DNA of 64,000 nucleotides from an uncultured Acidobacteriaceae bacterium (GCA_963708335.1 OY970205.1:1756676-1820675), one strand, 5' to 3'; shown: positions 9,449 to 19,620, numbered from the stretch's first letter. A program made the numbers and translations. The notes: a model not told the origin generated them from the letters alone.

Positions 9449-10141
9449 ATGATGAAAAAACTGATACCACTCGTCGCGATGCTTGCTCTCGCGGGACCCT
9501 TGTGGGCAAGTGCAGCCAATACGAAAGTCGAAGACCGTCTGCAGAATGCCGCTGAGGTTTTGCAGGAGGTCATGAACGCGCCTGACAAAGGGATTCCGCT
9601 GGAAATTGTTGAACATGCCAAGTGCATTGCCGTGATTCCTCACCAGATCAAAGCGGGGTTCGTGGTGGCCGCGAAGTTCGGAAAAGGGGTAGCGACCTGC
9701 CGTATAGAAAGAGGATGGAGCGCGCCGGCCTTCTTCACGATTACAGGCGGCGGATGGGGCGCTCAGATTGGGATTGCGAGCATCGACAACGTCCTCATGA
9801 TCATGAACCAACCCGGGATGGATCATTTGCTCTCGGCAAAATTCCAAATTGGCGCGGACGCATCCGCCGCCGCGGGTCCGGTGGGACGACATGCCGCTGC
9901 GGGAACCGATTGGAAGATGGAGACCGAAATTCTGAGTTATGCACGAGCCAGGGGTGCCTTCGCCGGTGTGTCGCTCGATGGAGCAGTCGTGCATCCCGAT
10001 CAGGAAGCCACAAAAATCGTGTACGGCAAGTTGCTTCCGCCCCGAGAAATCCTGACGGGGAAAGTTCAACCTCCTGAAACTGTCCGCTCGTTTCTAGCGG
10101 CGGTGCGGGAAGTGGAGGAGAAAGCAAAGAAAGAGTCTTGA
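9449..10141 (+). CDS. secreted SYLF/Ysc84-like (DUF500) lipid-binding domain protein
   Basis: Signal peptide MMKKLIPLVAMLALAGPLWASA. AKCIAVIP ... GKGV ... WSAPAFF ... GGGWGAQIG ... GADASAAAGPVGR ... SYARARGAFAGVSLDGAV. Confidence 0.7.
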   Translation: MMKKLIPLVAMLALAGPLWASAANTKVEDRLQNAAEVLQEVMNAPDKGIPLEIVEHAKCIAVIPHQIKAGFVVAAKFGKGVATCRIERGWSAPAFFTITGGGWGAQIGIASIDNVLMIMNQPGMDHLLSAKFQIGADASAAAGPVGRHAAAGTDWKMETEILSYARARGAFAGVSLDGAVVHPDQEATKIVYGKLLPPREILTGKVQPPETVRSFLAAVREVEEKAKKES

Positions 10142-10178
10142 AAACTTCAGATCAGCGAAGAGAGGAAGGAGATCACAT

Positions 10179-10736
10179 ATGCAAACTTTGCGCAAAACGA
10201 CGACTGGAATGATCGTAGGAGCTCTGACTATATCGATGCTGTTCCTGTTTTCAATGCCACTATTGGCACAAAAGCAGGAAAACCCCCAGGTTACCCAACT
10301 CCTTGCGGACGCTCGCGACGAAGCAGCGCAATTGAGCCGCGATGCCGATGAGATGGAGTCCCTGATTCGAACGGATGTGAGCTGGCAAACGCATGCCGCG
10401 ATGTTGGAGACGGTGAAAGATCACGTCAACGAACTGGGACGCATCGCAACGCAACTCGAGCAAAAGCGCGACTCGGCATCGCAGTGGCAGCAGCAGGCAA
10501 TCGATCGCATGCTGCCGGTTCTCAAAGAGCTAGCCGCGAATACCAGCGCGGCCATCAACCATCTCAACGAGAACAAGGGCCGTCCGCTTGAGACCACATC
10601 GTACCCACAGTATTTGAAGGAGAACGCGGAGTCGGCTCACAATCTGGCGGATATGGTTTCTTCATTTGTGAAGTACGGAGAGTCCAGAGCAAGAGTGGAA
10701 AAGCTGGAACAGAAGCTCGAGATTGCCAGTCGATAA
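10179..10736 (+). CDS. secreted helical hypothetical protein
   Basis: Signal peptide followed by predicted all-helical, charged sequence. No domain recognised. Confidence 0.5.
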   Translation: MQTLRKTTTGMIVGALTISMLFLFSMPLLAQKQENPQVTQLLADARDEAAQLSRDADEMESLIRTDVSWQTHAAMLETVKDHVNELGRIATQLEQKRDSASQWQQQAIDRMLPVLKELAANTSAAINHLNENKGRPLETTSYPQYLKENAESAHNLADMVSSFVKYGESRARVEKLEQKLEIASR

Positions 10737-10767
10737 GATGCCGCGATGATCCTCCTGTGCCCGCATG

Positions 10768-10807
10768 GCCGGTTCGGCTTTTCGCGACAGGCTGAACCGG
10801 CTTTTTT
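10768..10807 (+). terminator. rho-independent terminator
   Basis: 11-bp stem GCCGGTTCGGC / GCTGAACCGGC (one G-U pair) followed by TTTTTT. Confidence 0.7.
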
Positions 10808-10893
10808 CAGGCGCAGGGCCGAGTGAAAGTAGGACCGCGACCGGGAACTGACGGATCCGGACACTCGGAAGAAGAATTAGGAGGAACGTTGCT

Positions 10894-11877
10894 ATGAAAG
10901 ATGTGATCAATATTTTGCTGGCTCCGGCGATCGCGATCCTGCTCGCCTTGTGCTTAACGTTGGCTTCTTGCAGTTCAGCCAAAAACTCCAGCGACAATTC
11001 GACGGTTAACGCGGCGACGCAGACTCAAAACCAGACGCAGTCTCCGCCTAACCTGCAGAAACAACGACAAGAAGCTGAGCAGCAGGCGCGACCTGAGATC
11101 GAACAAGAGCGCAAGCAAGCAGAGGACGAAGCATCAAAGAATCTCGATCAGGAAGCCATGGCTGCGATCGACGAAACTCAGAAAGCGATCGATGCCATCG
11201 CTGCAAACAAGACTGACCAGGCCATGGCGGCGATCGAGCGGGCCACCGGCAAGATCAACATCTTGCTGGCTCGCAATCCGGCCACGGCGCTCATCCCCGT
11301 CAGCCTTGAGGTCGAAGTCATTGACGCCGCGCCACACGATAGCATTGCCATTGCGGAGATTGCGAAAAATGCATCGAAGGCGGTGGATGACAAGAACTAC
11401 CCAGCTGCGCGCGTGTTGCTCTACGCTTTGACGAGCGAGATTCGCGTGCGCACCTACAACCTCCCGCTGGCGACGTATCCCGCTGCTTTGCAGGAGGCTG
11501 CACATCTGCTCGACCAGAAGGAGCCGCAGGAGGCCAGCAAAGTGCTATTGACCGCGCTTGACACTCTGATGGCCGTGGATCGAGTCACTCCTCTGCCGCT
11601 GGTTCTGGCTCGCGAAGCGATCGAGCAAGCCAAGGCAAAGAGCCAGACCGACAAGGCCATGGCACAAACGCTGGTGCAAACAGCAAAGAAGGAAACGGAG
11701 CGGGCCAAAGAACTCGGCTACGCAGGTCGGGATCCGGAATACGTAGCCTTGAACACCGACATCGCGAACCTGGAAAAACAGCTTAAGGGAAATGAAGATG
11801 CAACCTCCGTTTTCGCCAAGCTCGAGGACAGGCTGTCGGCGTTCCTGAAGCGGCAGTCGCAGCAAGAGCGGCGCTGA
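10894..11877 (+). CDS. YfdX-family lipoprotein
   Basis: Lipobox LTLASC. Long helical repeats with YfdX-like segments (AIDETQKAIDAIAANKTDQAMAAIERATGKINILLAR ... YPAARVLLYALTSEIRVRTYNLPLATYP). Confidence 0.6.
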   Translation: MKDVINILLAPAIAILLALCLTLASCSSAKNSSDNSTVNAATQTQNQTQSPPNLQKQRQEAEQQARPEIEQERKQAEDEASKNLDQEAMAAIDETQKAIDAIAANKTDQAMAAIERATGKINILLARNPATALIPVSLEVEVIDAAPHDSIAIAEIAKNASKAVDDKNYPAARVLLYALTSEIRVRTYNLPLATYPAALQEAAHLLDQKEPQEASKVLLTALDTLMAVDRVTPLPLVLAREAIEQAKAKSQTDKAMAQTLVQTAKKETERAKELGYAGRDPEYVALNTDIANLEKQLKGNEDATSVFAKLEDRLSAFLKRQSQQERR

Positions 11878-11913
11878 GGACTGCCGTGCGGGCGCGAACC
11901 GTCAAACCCGCAG

Positions 11914-11953
11914 GCCGGACTGGGCTTCGATAGCCAGCCGGCTTTTTGTTTTT
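11914..11953 (+). terminator. rho-independent terminator between convergent genes
   Basis: GCCGG(A)CTGG / CCAGCCGGC stem followed by TTTTTGTTTTT. Confidence 0.6.
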
Positions 11954-11983
11954 GTGATTGGGCGAACTCTCTTGGGCTGCTAC

Positions 11984-12472
11984 TCAGGCATCCTTCACAT
12001 TGGCAGGAGGGTAACGCCGCAATAGCGTAATCGAAAACACCAGGACCAGAACAAGCAGACTCAGCAAACCAAGTTCAATCATGGAAGCGCGGAAAACGCG
12101 CGCGTTGTCGCCCGTCCATGTCAACTCCTTTCCGAGGGTGGCCATTTCCAGGCTGATGACGAGAATACGTCGAATCGACGCGATCAGGCCGACGACGAGG
12201 AATGGCTCAGTGACTAGAACATGCGAGCGAATGGAGATGCGAACCGTATGCAGAATCTCGGCGAGCATCAGCACGATGAGAAGTTCGTTTAGCACCCGCA
12301 GTGTCTGCGTTGCCACCGTCCAATGAACTACGCTGTCGAGAAGCAGCTTGCATGCGCTGGCGAGGGCAGCGAGGATGGTTAGGGAAAGCAACACCGCCAG
12401 CACGGAATAGATTCCCATCTCAACAACGCCGAGAGAATCGTCAAAGCGCCGACGCACGGTGCTTTCTGCCAT
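11984..12472 (-). CDS. PsiE-like (phosphate-starvation-inducible E family) membrane protein
   Basis: 162 aa, 4 TM. NELLIVLMLAEILHTVR ... FLVVGLIASIRRILVISL resembles the PsiE core. Confidence 0.5.
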   Translation of the reverse strand: MAESTVRRRFDDSLGVVEMGIYSVLAVLLSLTILAALASACKLLLDSVVHWTVATQTLRVLNELLIVLMLAEILHTVRISIRSHVLVTEPFLVVGLIASIRRILVISLEMATLGKELTWTGDNARVFRASMIELGLLSLLVLVLVFSITLLRRYPPANVKDA

Positions 12473-12746
12473 GACATCAACCTCCGCCGCCTGAGTCGCC
12501 CATCGTCGGCGATGGAACCGCGTCTGTCAAGCAGGGGAACCCGGTTTGGCCGCGTGCATTGCGATGGACGGCCCGGTACTCCTAAAGTCGTACAGGTCTC
12601 TCTCACCCGGGCTGGAACCAGGACTAAGCCACCTTTCTCAATTCATGGTCGCTCCCTCGTTCAATTGTTATTCAAAGGCCTGGACGGTAGCCTCAGCCTT
12701 GAGATTGAACGCGGCATAGAGGCCGCAAGATCGAGTCTCTTTCGCC

Positions 12747-13247
12747 ATGAATAAACATACTGAAAACCCCAAAGGACCATTGCGGGGCTGGAAATGTAGC
12801 TCTTGCGGCGACCTCATCACCAGGATTGAGGATGGCTGGGTCGAATGGCTTGCGAGTGAAGATGAGCGCGGTGAACGGCTGAAGGGGCTAAGGCTAGTTC
12901 ATCGTTTATCGCGTTCCGCGGGATCGAATGGGCCGGGCTGCCGGTACGATAGCGTCCGGGAGTTCCGCAACGATCGCAGCATCGTGGAAGGTTTATCGCT
13001 CGAAAGATTTGTGGGATCGGATGGTTTGATGCTCCTCCTCTCTTTTCTGGCCTCAGGTGAAATGCCCCGCGGAGATGTACTCGAACTCGCAAAGCGTGTG
13101 CAGATCCCAGGATACGAACAGGCTCGGGACCTCTTCCCCGAAGCAATTGGCATGGGAGTACTTTCTCCAACGATCGGAAAGGGGTACTACATGCAATCTG
13201 AGATTCGAGAATTATTGAGTTGGGTTAACCGCGAAGCGAATTCTTAG
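12747..13247 (+). CDS. hypothetical protein
   Basis: 166-aa ORF with CSSC...C Cys residues near the N-terminus. No domain recognised. Followed by hairpin GATAAGAC-TTTT-GTCTTATC (13247-13266). Confidence 0.45.
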   Translation: MNKHTENPKGPLRGWKCSSCGDLITRIEDGWVEWLASEDERGERLKGLRLVHRLSRSAGSNGPGCRYDSVREFRNDRSIVEGLSLERFVGSDGLMLLLSFLASGEMPRGDVLELAKRVQIPGYEQARDLFPEAIGMGVLSPTIGKGYYMQSEIRELLSWVNREANS

Positions 13248-13428
13248 ATAAGACTTTTGTCTTATCAATTCCTCTTGCCTGAAGCGAATTTTCCAATAAG
13301 CGTTGTCGTCGAATTTTCATTTGCTCTACTGATGAATTGTTCTCGGTGCCGCATGTAGCTAGTCTCAGCAATAGAGGGCAATAGATCGAGTCAGCATTTC
13401 CACCGGCAACTCTCGGGAGGTTACTTAT

Positions 13429-15363
13429 ATGGGCAAGACTATTGGCATTGATCTTGGTACCACGAATTCGGTGGTGGCAACCATGGAGGGCGGTGAACCC
13501 AAAGTGATTCCCAATGAGGAAGGCGGGCGCACGACTCCGTCGGTCGTGGCGTTCACAAAAACCGGCCAGAGGCTGGTAGGGCAAGTGGCCAAGCGCCAGG
13601 CGATCACGAATCCTGAGAACACGATCTTCTCGATCAAGCGTTTCATGGGACGGCGCTATGACGAAGTGAAAGAAGAGCTGAAGATGGTGCCGTACAAAGT
13701 GGAGCCCGAGGGTGACCACGTCGTGATTGTGGCGCAGGGAAAGAAATATACGCCGCAGCAGATCTCGGCCATGATTCTGCAGAAGTTGAAGAAGGCGGCA
13801 GAGGACTATCTTGGACAACCGGTTCAGGATGCGGTAATCACGGTTCCAGCGTACTTCAACGACGCGCAACGCCAAGCCACCAAAGATGCCGGGAAGATCG
13901 CCGGGCTCGAGGTAAAACGCATCATCAATGAGCCGACGGCAGCGGCGCTCGCTTATGGTCTCGACAAGAAGAGAGACGAAACGATTGCAGTCTACGATTT
14001 TGGCGGCGGGACCTTCGATATTTCGATCTTGCGAGTTGGGGACGGCTTGATCGAAGTGGAAGCCACGAACGGCGATACCCACCTCGGCGGTGACAACCTG
14101 GACCAGCGCATCGTCGACTGGCTAATCGACGAATTCAAGAAAAACGAAGGTCTCGATCTGCGTGGCAGAGGCAACGAGATGGCGCTGCAGCGTCTTCGCG
14201 ACGCGGCGGAGCGAGCCAAGATCGAGCTTTCCACCACGATGGAAACCGAGATCAATCTGCCATTCATTACTGCAGATGCCAGCGGCCCGAAGCATCTCGT
14301 AACGAAACTCACGCGGGCGAAACTCGAGAGCATGGTTGAAGACCTCATCCAGCGCTCCGTGCCGCCATGCAAGCAGTGCATGAAAGATGCGGGCGTGGAT
14401 GCTGGCAAGATCGATGAAGCGGTGTTGGTCGGCGGACAAACTCGCATGCCGCGCATTCAGCGACTTGTCAAGGAGCTCTTTGGAAAAGAAGGCAACAAGG
14501 GAGTCAACCCGGATGAAGTAGTCGCAGTGGGTGCCGCGATCCAAGGCGGCGTGCTAGGCGGCGAGGTAAAAGATTTGCTGCTTCTGGATGTGACCCCGCT
14601 GACGCTGTCGATCGAAACACAGGGCGGTGTGGCGACGCCGATGATTCCGCGGAACACGACCATTCCGACCCGCAAGACTGAGACGTTCTCGACTGCAGCC
14701 GACAGCCAAACTGCGGTTGATGTTCACGTGCTGCAAGGGGAGCGTCCGATGGCGAACCAGAACCGCACATTGGGCAAGTTCCAGCTTACTGGCATTCCTC
14801 CGGCACCACGAGGCGTTCCGCAGATCGAAGTTACCTTCGACATCGATGCCAACGGCATCCTGAACGTGACCGCGAAAGACCTGGCGACGGGAAAGGATCA
14901 GACCATCAAAATTACATCGTCTTCCGGCCTATCGAAAGAAGAAGTCGAGCGCATGGCCAAGGAGGCAGAGGCACACTCGGCCGAGGACAAGTCGCGGCGT
15001 GAGCAGATCGAATCGAAGAACCAGCTGGACTCATTGGTCTACAGCGTCGAAAAAATGCTGCGAGAAAATGGCGGCAAAATCTCTGGCTCGGAACGCGGCG
15101 ATGTCGAGAACGCGATTGCCGATGCCAAGAAGGCCTTGGAGTCGAATGACAAGGCGAGCATGGACAATGCTCGCGAGCGTCTGACGCAGGCTTCGCACAA
15201 ACTGGCGGAACAAATGTACCGGTCTACGTCCGCGCAGTCACGAGGATCATCGGGAGATGGAGGCGCAGCGGGTACGGGCGCGGCTTCGTCATCGGGCGGG
15301 CAAAGCAAGAAGGATGAAGGTGTGGTCGATGCGGAATATGTAGATGTGGATACGAATCGCTAA
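13429..15363 (+). CDS. dnaK: molecular chaperone DnaK (Hsp70)
   Basis: 644 aa. [27 protein letters not shown], and a typical C-terminal lid and acidic tail. RBS GGGAGG upstream. No grpE or dnaJ adjacent. Confidence 0.97.
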   Translation: MGKTIGIDLGTTNSVVATMEGGEPKVIPNEEGGRTTPSVVAFTKTGQRLVGQVAKRQAITNPENTIFSIKRFMGRRYDEVKEELKMVPYKVEPEGDHVVIVAQGKKYTPQQISAMILQKLKKAAEDYLGQPVQDAVITVPAYFNDAQRQATKDAGKIAGLEVKRIINEPTAAALAYGLDKKRDETIAVYDFGGGTFDISILRVGDGLIEVEATNGDTHLGGDNLDQRIVDWLIDEFKKNEGLDLRGRGNEMALQRLRDAAERAKIELSTTMETEINLPFITADASGPKHLVTKLTRAKLESMVEDLIQRSVPPCKQCMKDAGVDAGKIDEAVLVGGQTRMPRIQRLVKELFGKEGNKGVNPDEVVAVGAAIQGGVLGGEVKDLLLLDVTPLTLSIETQGGVATPMIPRNTTIPTRKTETFSTAADSQTAVDVHVLQGERPMANQNRTLGKFQLTGIPPAPRGVPQIEVTFDIDANGILNVTAKDLATGKDQTIKITSSSGLSKEEVERMAKEAEAHSAEDKSRREQIESKNQLDSLVYSVEKMLRENGGKISGSERGDVENAIADAKKALESNDKASMDNARERLTQASHKLAEQMYRSTSAQSRGSSGDGGAAGTGAASSSGGQSKKDEGVVDAEYVDVDTNR

Positions 15364-15392
15364 AACGCCGTTTCTGGTGTGGGATCGCATGT

Positions 15393-15632
15393 ATGACCGT
15401 GATGGACATTACGTTTCACTATCTGGCGCCTGTGGGCCCACGACAGCTGCGGGCTATGTACAGCGTCCGGGAAGTGTACGGTATTCGCCGATTGAGCCTG
15501 GATGAAATCAGGCACTCGATTTTGGTGGAGTATGACGCCTCTCGCTTGCACCCCGAAGATGTACGGGCGCTGCTTCGAAGTGCAGGCTTGGATACGGACG
15601 CCGTGGCTGAAGGAGTTTTTCATGCTGGTTGA
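15393..15632 (+). CDS. small hypothetical protein
   Basis: 79 aa. Lies 30 nt after dnaK and overlaps the next ORF start by 11 nt. Confidence 0.4.
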   Translation: MTVMDITFHYLAPVGPRQLRAMYSVREVYGIRRLSLDEIRHSILVEYDASRLHPEDVRALLRSAGLDTDAVAEGVFHAG

Positions 15633-15891
15633 AGTGTGTGCTCATATCGAAGGAATCAACGAGATCAAACAGCCCGAGGTTCGGGTCTGCGAGCTGTGCG
15701 TGCAGACCGGATCGCCATGGGTGCACCTGCGAACTTGCCAGGAGTGCGGCGTCACACTTTGTTGTGATTCCTCGCCCAACCGCCACGCGACCAAACATGC
15801 TCATGCGAGCGGACATCCAGTCATTGCCTCCGCCGAACCAGGGGAGCGTTGGCTCTATTGCTACCCGGATGACGCGTTTGCACAGTACTAG
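15622..15891 (+). CDS. UBP-type zinc-finger (zf-UBP) domain protein
   Basis: About 89 aa from ATG 15622. Motifs C.H...C.LC...W.HLR.C..CG...CC.....H...H....GH plus WLYCY match the stand-alone bacterial zf-UBP pattern. Confidence 0.65.
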   Translation: MLVEVCAHIEGINEIKQPEVRVCELCVQTGSPWVHLRTCQECGVTLCCDSSPNRHATKHAHASGHPVIASAEPGERWLYCYPDDAFAQY

Positions 15892-16699
15892 CCGGCTGAG
15901 GACTCGTATCTTGAAAAGCGACGGAACCGGCGGTGCCAATCACGAGAGTTCAGGGAGTACGCGGAAAGCGCGGGGAGAAGTCCTGGGTCACAAAGAGGAA
16001 GAACTGCGCAAGCTGGCCTCTGAAGGGAAGAGGGATGAGTTCTTTCGAGAGATTACTCCGCTGCTGAAGCCGCTCCAGTCATACATCAAGCGTCGTCTTC
16101 GTGGTACTCGCCTGACCCAGCGAGCCAATCTCCCTGTACTCAGCAGCGTCGACATGCTCGACGACGTAGTGCTTGAGGCCTACGAGAAGTTCAATCGCAA
16201 GCCGAAACGTTTGACACTCGAACAGTGGCTCTACCGGCTGGCAAATGAAGAACTCGACCGCTATGTTTCGAAGCGAAGGCCGGCTGAAAAGCGTCGAAAG
16301 AGTTTAGAAGCCTTAACCCAGACTGAGTTGCGCACGCTGGAGGAGATGCCGATCACGGCTGATGCCGACGGGGAAGTCTGGTTTCCCGAGGAATTGGACG
16401 ATAGCGAATATCAGGCGCTCGAATTTTTGCCGCCGGCCTTTGACGATACTCCTGAGCAACAGCTCGAGAGAAGAGAACAGATCCTCGAGATCATCAGGAC
16501 TCTCGCCACACTTTCCGAGCGCGAGCAAACGGTGTTCGAACTCTACGTTGTCGAAGGTTTCTCAAAAGGAGCTGTGGCCAGAATCTCTGGCGTGCCAACG
16601 GACGAGGTTCCGCGCATCGCGGAAAGGGTCAAAGAGCGTATTCGGCAAGCGATCGCGGCGAATCAAGAATCGAAGGAAAGAAGCGAAAAGGCCTCTTGA
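15869..16699 (+). CDS. sigma-70 family (ECF-like) RNA polymerase sigma factor
   Basis: Region 2-like DDVVLEAYEKFNR...WLYRLANEELDRYVSKRR. Acidic linker. Region 4 LSEREQTVFELYVVEGFSKGAVARISGVPTDEV. Start uncertain (ATG 15869 or TTG 15911). Confidence 0.6.
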   Translation: MTRLHSTSRLRTRILKSDGTGGANHESSGSTRKARGEVLGHKEEELRKLASEGKRDEFFREITPLLKPLQSYIKRRLRGTRLTQRANLPVLSSVDMLDDVVLEAYEKFNRKPKRLTLEQWLYRLANEELDRYVSKRRPAEKRRKSLEALTQTELRTLEEMPITADADGEVWFPEELDDSEYQALEFLPPAFDDTPEQQLERREQILEIIRTLATLSEREQTVFELYVVEGFSKGAVARISGVPTDEVPRIAERVKERIRQAIAANQESKERSEKAS

Positions 16700-16717
16700 T
16701 CAAGAACGGCTGAGCAG

Positions 16718-17977
16718 CTACCCATTCATCACGTAGCGATGGACGAACGTCACTGCCATTGCTCCCTCGCCAACCGCTGATGCGCAACGTTTGACTGAGC
16801 CGTGGCGCACATCACCAGCTGCGAATACTCCCGGAATGTTGGTTTCCAGGTAATAAGGATCCCGATCGAGCGTCCAGTTGTCAGGACGCCGGCCGTTCTT
16901 CAGCAGGTCCGGCCCGGTGACCAGGTAGCCGCCGTCATCACGAACCATGCCGACTTCCTCCGCCCACTGAGTATGAGGAAAGCCGCCGAGGCAAAGAAAC
17001 AGCCAATTGGTTTTTGCATCCGATCGCTTGCCCGTTTCTTTGTTTCGTAAAGTGATCGATTGCAGAGAAGAATCGCCATGGAGAGCGACCACCTCAGTGA
17101 GCAACAGCACCTCAACTTTTGGCGATGATTGAATCCGATCAATCAGATACTGAGACACAGACTTCTTCAGTGAGCTGTCGCGCACGACCATTGTTGCTTT
17201 TCCGGCGTAGCGGGAGAAGTGCATGGCGGCCTGCGCCCCTGAGTTGCCGCCCCCGACAATGAAAACGTGATCGGTTGCGAGGCAGAGCGACGCCTCGCTC
17301 GCGCCTGCACCGTAGTAAACGCCGGCGCCGCGGAAACGATCTTCATTAGGAAGATTGAGTTTGCGGTACTCGACGCCGGTCGCGCAAATTGAAGCTCGCG
17401 CAATAATTTTGGTTCCGTCTGCCAGGTAGCCGATTCCTCTTCCTGGCTTGAACTCGCCGCGGACGCCTTCCCGAAGCAAAAGAATCTCCGCACCAAAGTG
17501 ACAGGCCTGTTCCCGTGCGCGCAGAGCAAGGTCGGCTCCGCTGATGCCTCCGGGAAAGCCGAGATAGTTCTCGATCTTCGGACTCGTGCTCGCTTGTCCT
17601 CCGACCGCAAAGCGTTCGACCACAACTGTCTTCAGACCCTCTGAAGCGCCGTAAACGGCGGCGCTAAGACCGGCGGGCCCCGCTCCATATATCGCCAAAT
17701 CGTACTCTGATCGCGAGGGATTGAGGAACAATCCCAGCTTCTCGCTGATCTGCCGAACCGTCGGGCACTCGAGCCGGGTACCGTCGAGAAAGACGCAGAG
17801 TGGCAATCGTTTTGCATCGTACCCGCCGGCGTACGCTCGTAACGCGTCCGGCTGGTCGGGGCTGACCTCAATCCATTGGAAAGGTACGTCGCAACGATGT
17901 AGAAAATCGCGGATTGCGAATGCCTCTGCAGATCCGCGAGTTCCAAACAGCAAGACCTTTGAGTCCGATTGCTTCAC
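16718..17977 (-). CDS. thioredoxin-reductase-like FAD/NAD(P) oxidoreductase with N-terminal glutaredoxin-like domain
   Basis: DLAIYGAGPAGLSAAVY (FAD). FIVGGGNSGAQAA (NAD(P)). GVFAAGDV. The usual CxxC position reads GASEASLC. Confidence 0.7.
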   Translation of the reverse strand: MKQSDSKVLLFGTRGSAEAFAIRDFLHRCDVPFQWIEVSPDQPDALRAYAGGYDAKRLPLCVFLDGTRLECPTVRQISEKLGLFLNPSRSEYDLAIYGAGPAGLSAAVYGASEGLKTVVVERFAVGGQASTSPKIENYLGFPGGISGADLALRAREQACHFGAEILLLREGVRGEFKPGRGIGYLADGTKIIARASICATGVEYRKLNLPNEDRFRGAGVYYGAGASEASLCLATDHVFIVGGGNSGAQAAMHFSRYAGKATMVVRDSSLKKSVSQYLIDRIQSSPKVEVLLLTEVVALHGDSSLQSITLRNKETGKRSDAKTNWLFLCLGGFPHTQWAEEVGMVRDDGGYLVTGPDLLKNGRRPDNWTLDRDPYYLETNIPGVFAAGDVRHGSVKRCASAVGEGAMAVTFVHRYVMNG

Positions 17978-18098
17978 GGTTCGTTTTCGCTGTGGGCGTT
18001 AGGTTTGCGCACTTCGCTCGTTGTTCAATGTTGCCTGCTAACGAATGCTGGCCGCCCATACCTCGAGCAGCCAGCATCTTTCCGCAATTCTGTTCCGA

Positions 18099-18761
18099 TC
18101 ACGCTGCCTTTTGCGTAGTTTGTCCAGCAGTCTGTGACTTAGCGGGCTGGGACTCAGACTTAGACTGAGATGCGCCCGTTTCAATGGGTATCTGACGGGC
18201 ATTGCTCTGCGGTTGCGGAGCTGGAACACTGATTTTCAGAACTCCGTTCTGAAATTCGGCGCGCGCCTGGTCAGTCTTAGCGCCCTCCGGCAAAGCAATC
18301 GCCCGATAGAAATGTCCATAACGGCGTTCCGTTCTTTGAATGCCACCTTCTTTCTCCTCCTGTACAAACTGTCGTTCGCCTTGGATGACGACGGCATCAT
18401 CCGTGATCTCGACGGTGACATCCTCGTCTGACAGGCCCGGCAGTTCAGCTGACACGACAAAGTTACCGTCTCGGTGTCCCACTTCAACCGGCGGTATCCA
18501 CAGAGGGCTGGCACCATCGGTCCGGCTGATGGAATTCGGCCCTGGTTGAGCGAACGCCCGGTTTATTTCTTGCTGCAGCCTTCTCAGTACGGTAAAGGGA
18601 GAGTCGTCGAAAAAACCAAGAGGATCAAGCAACAGCGACGGAACTGAAGGGAGAATATTTTGTCGCGCCAGAGAAGTCTGTTGGCTGTTCCGCTCTTGCC
18701 GCGAAGTTGTCTGCGAAGAGGATGGTTGCTTAGTTTGTTCTGCTGTTTGTGCTGACATCAT
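18099..18761 (-). CDS. Hsp20/alpha-crystallin family small heat-shock protein
   Basis: Core PPVEVGHRDGNFVVSAELPGLSDEDVTVEITDDAVVIQGER...RRYGHFYRAIALPEG...AEFQNGVLKISVP. Gln/Ser/Thr-rich tails. Confidence 0.85.
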   Translation of the reverse strand: MMSAQTAEQTKQPSSSQTTSRQERNSQQTSLARQNILPSVPSLLLDPLGFFDDSPFTVLRRLQQEINRAFAQPGPNSISRTDGASPLWIPPVEVGHRDGNFVVSAELPGLSDEDVTVEITDDAVVIQGERQFVQEEKEGGIQRTERRYGHFYRAIALPEGAKTDQARAEFQNGVLKISVPAPQPQSNARQIPIETGASQSKSESQPAKSQTAGQTTQKAA

Positions 18762-18810
18762 CTGCCTCCATATATGGCGATTCTTAATCGCTGGCTAGAA
18801 TTGCGTGCGC

Positions 18811-19416
18811 TCAACTCCGCACGAAGCCGGACCGCTCGACTGGTCGTTTCTCGTGTTTGTCATTGAGCCGGTGAGATTGCGGCAATTTACGCAGGCGGGT
18901 AACTCCCTGCGCAAACATGATTGAGGACCAACCTCGCAGAATCATTGAAGTGCCGACGGAGAAGCCAAAGACCCATAGCCCCAGCCGCGGTGAATTCGTC
19001 CAGAAGACCGCGGCGAAGAGGAGTGAAACGATTCCTTCGAACGCCGCCCAGATCCAAGCGGGGAATTTGAACCAGAAAGCTGAAATTGTTCGGAACAGTC
19101 CGACAACCGTAAAGTACGATGCGAACAAAAGCATCCACGCGGTTCCACCTGCCGATGGATGCGTTGCAATGAGCAGGCCGATTGGAACGCCCGCAACGCA
19201 CGGCATCAGGTGCAGAAGAAATCCACCCCAGCTGCGTTTGTGAAAGGCATGAACGGCCTCCATTAGCCCACTCACGACAAGGAGCCAGCCGAATAGCATC
19301 GGCGAGGCCCCGGTCGAATCGGCGGCCCTGAGGGTGCCCAGAGCGACTGTTCCCAATAGGATCAGCGCGATGCCCAGCCGCATGGACCAGACTTCTCTGC
19401 GACGGAATCGTTCCAT
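18811..19416 (-). CDS. HdeD-like (DUF308) acid-resistance membrane protein
   Basis: 6 TM. GWLLVVSGLMEAVHAF...WGGFLLHL. Paralogous by eye to 27224-27808. Start at 19416 or 19383; the 19473 start is less likely. Confidence 0.65.
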   Translation of the reverse strand: MERFRRREVWSMRLGIALILLGTVALGTLRAADSTGASPMLFGWLLVVSGLMEAVHAFHKRSWGGFLLHLMPCVAGVPIGLLIATHPSAGGTAWMLLFASYFTVVGLFRTISAFWFKFPAWIWAAFEGIVSLLFAAVFWTNSPRLGLWVFGFSVGTSMILRGWSSIMFAQGVTRLRKLPQSHRLNDKHEKRPVERSGFVRS

Positions 19417-19620
19417 CTCGCAGGCCTCTGTCCATGCATCGGAGGCCCTTCCTTGCTCTCGGTGTTCGATCACACGAATTCTCCGCTTTCACTCTCTGCA
19501 CGTAGATTGATCAATGTTCTGCCGAACCTTAGACGATGCTAGCGATGGGAGATGCGAGCGGCAATTGCTAAGGAGGTGGAATTGCTCTTCAGAAATGAGC
19601 GCTAGACGAGAGTCCGTCTA

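Noticed and set aside
13250-13428. CIRCE (TTAGCACTC-N9-GAGTGCTAA) or an obvious sigma-32-type promoter upstream of dnaK
   Set aside because: I looked for both and found neither. Only the terminator-like hairpin of the preceding gene (13247-13266) is evident.
13225-14082. 285-aa ORF on the minus strand (and 13992-14544)
   Set aside because: Antisense to dnaK.
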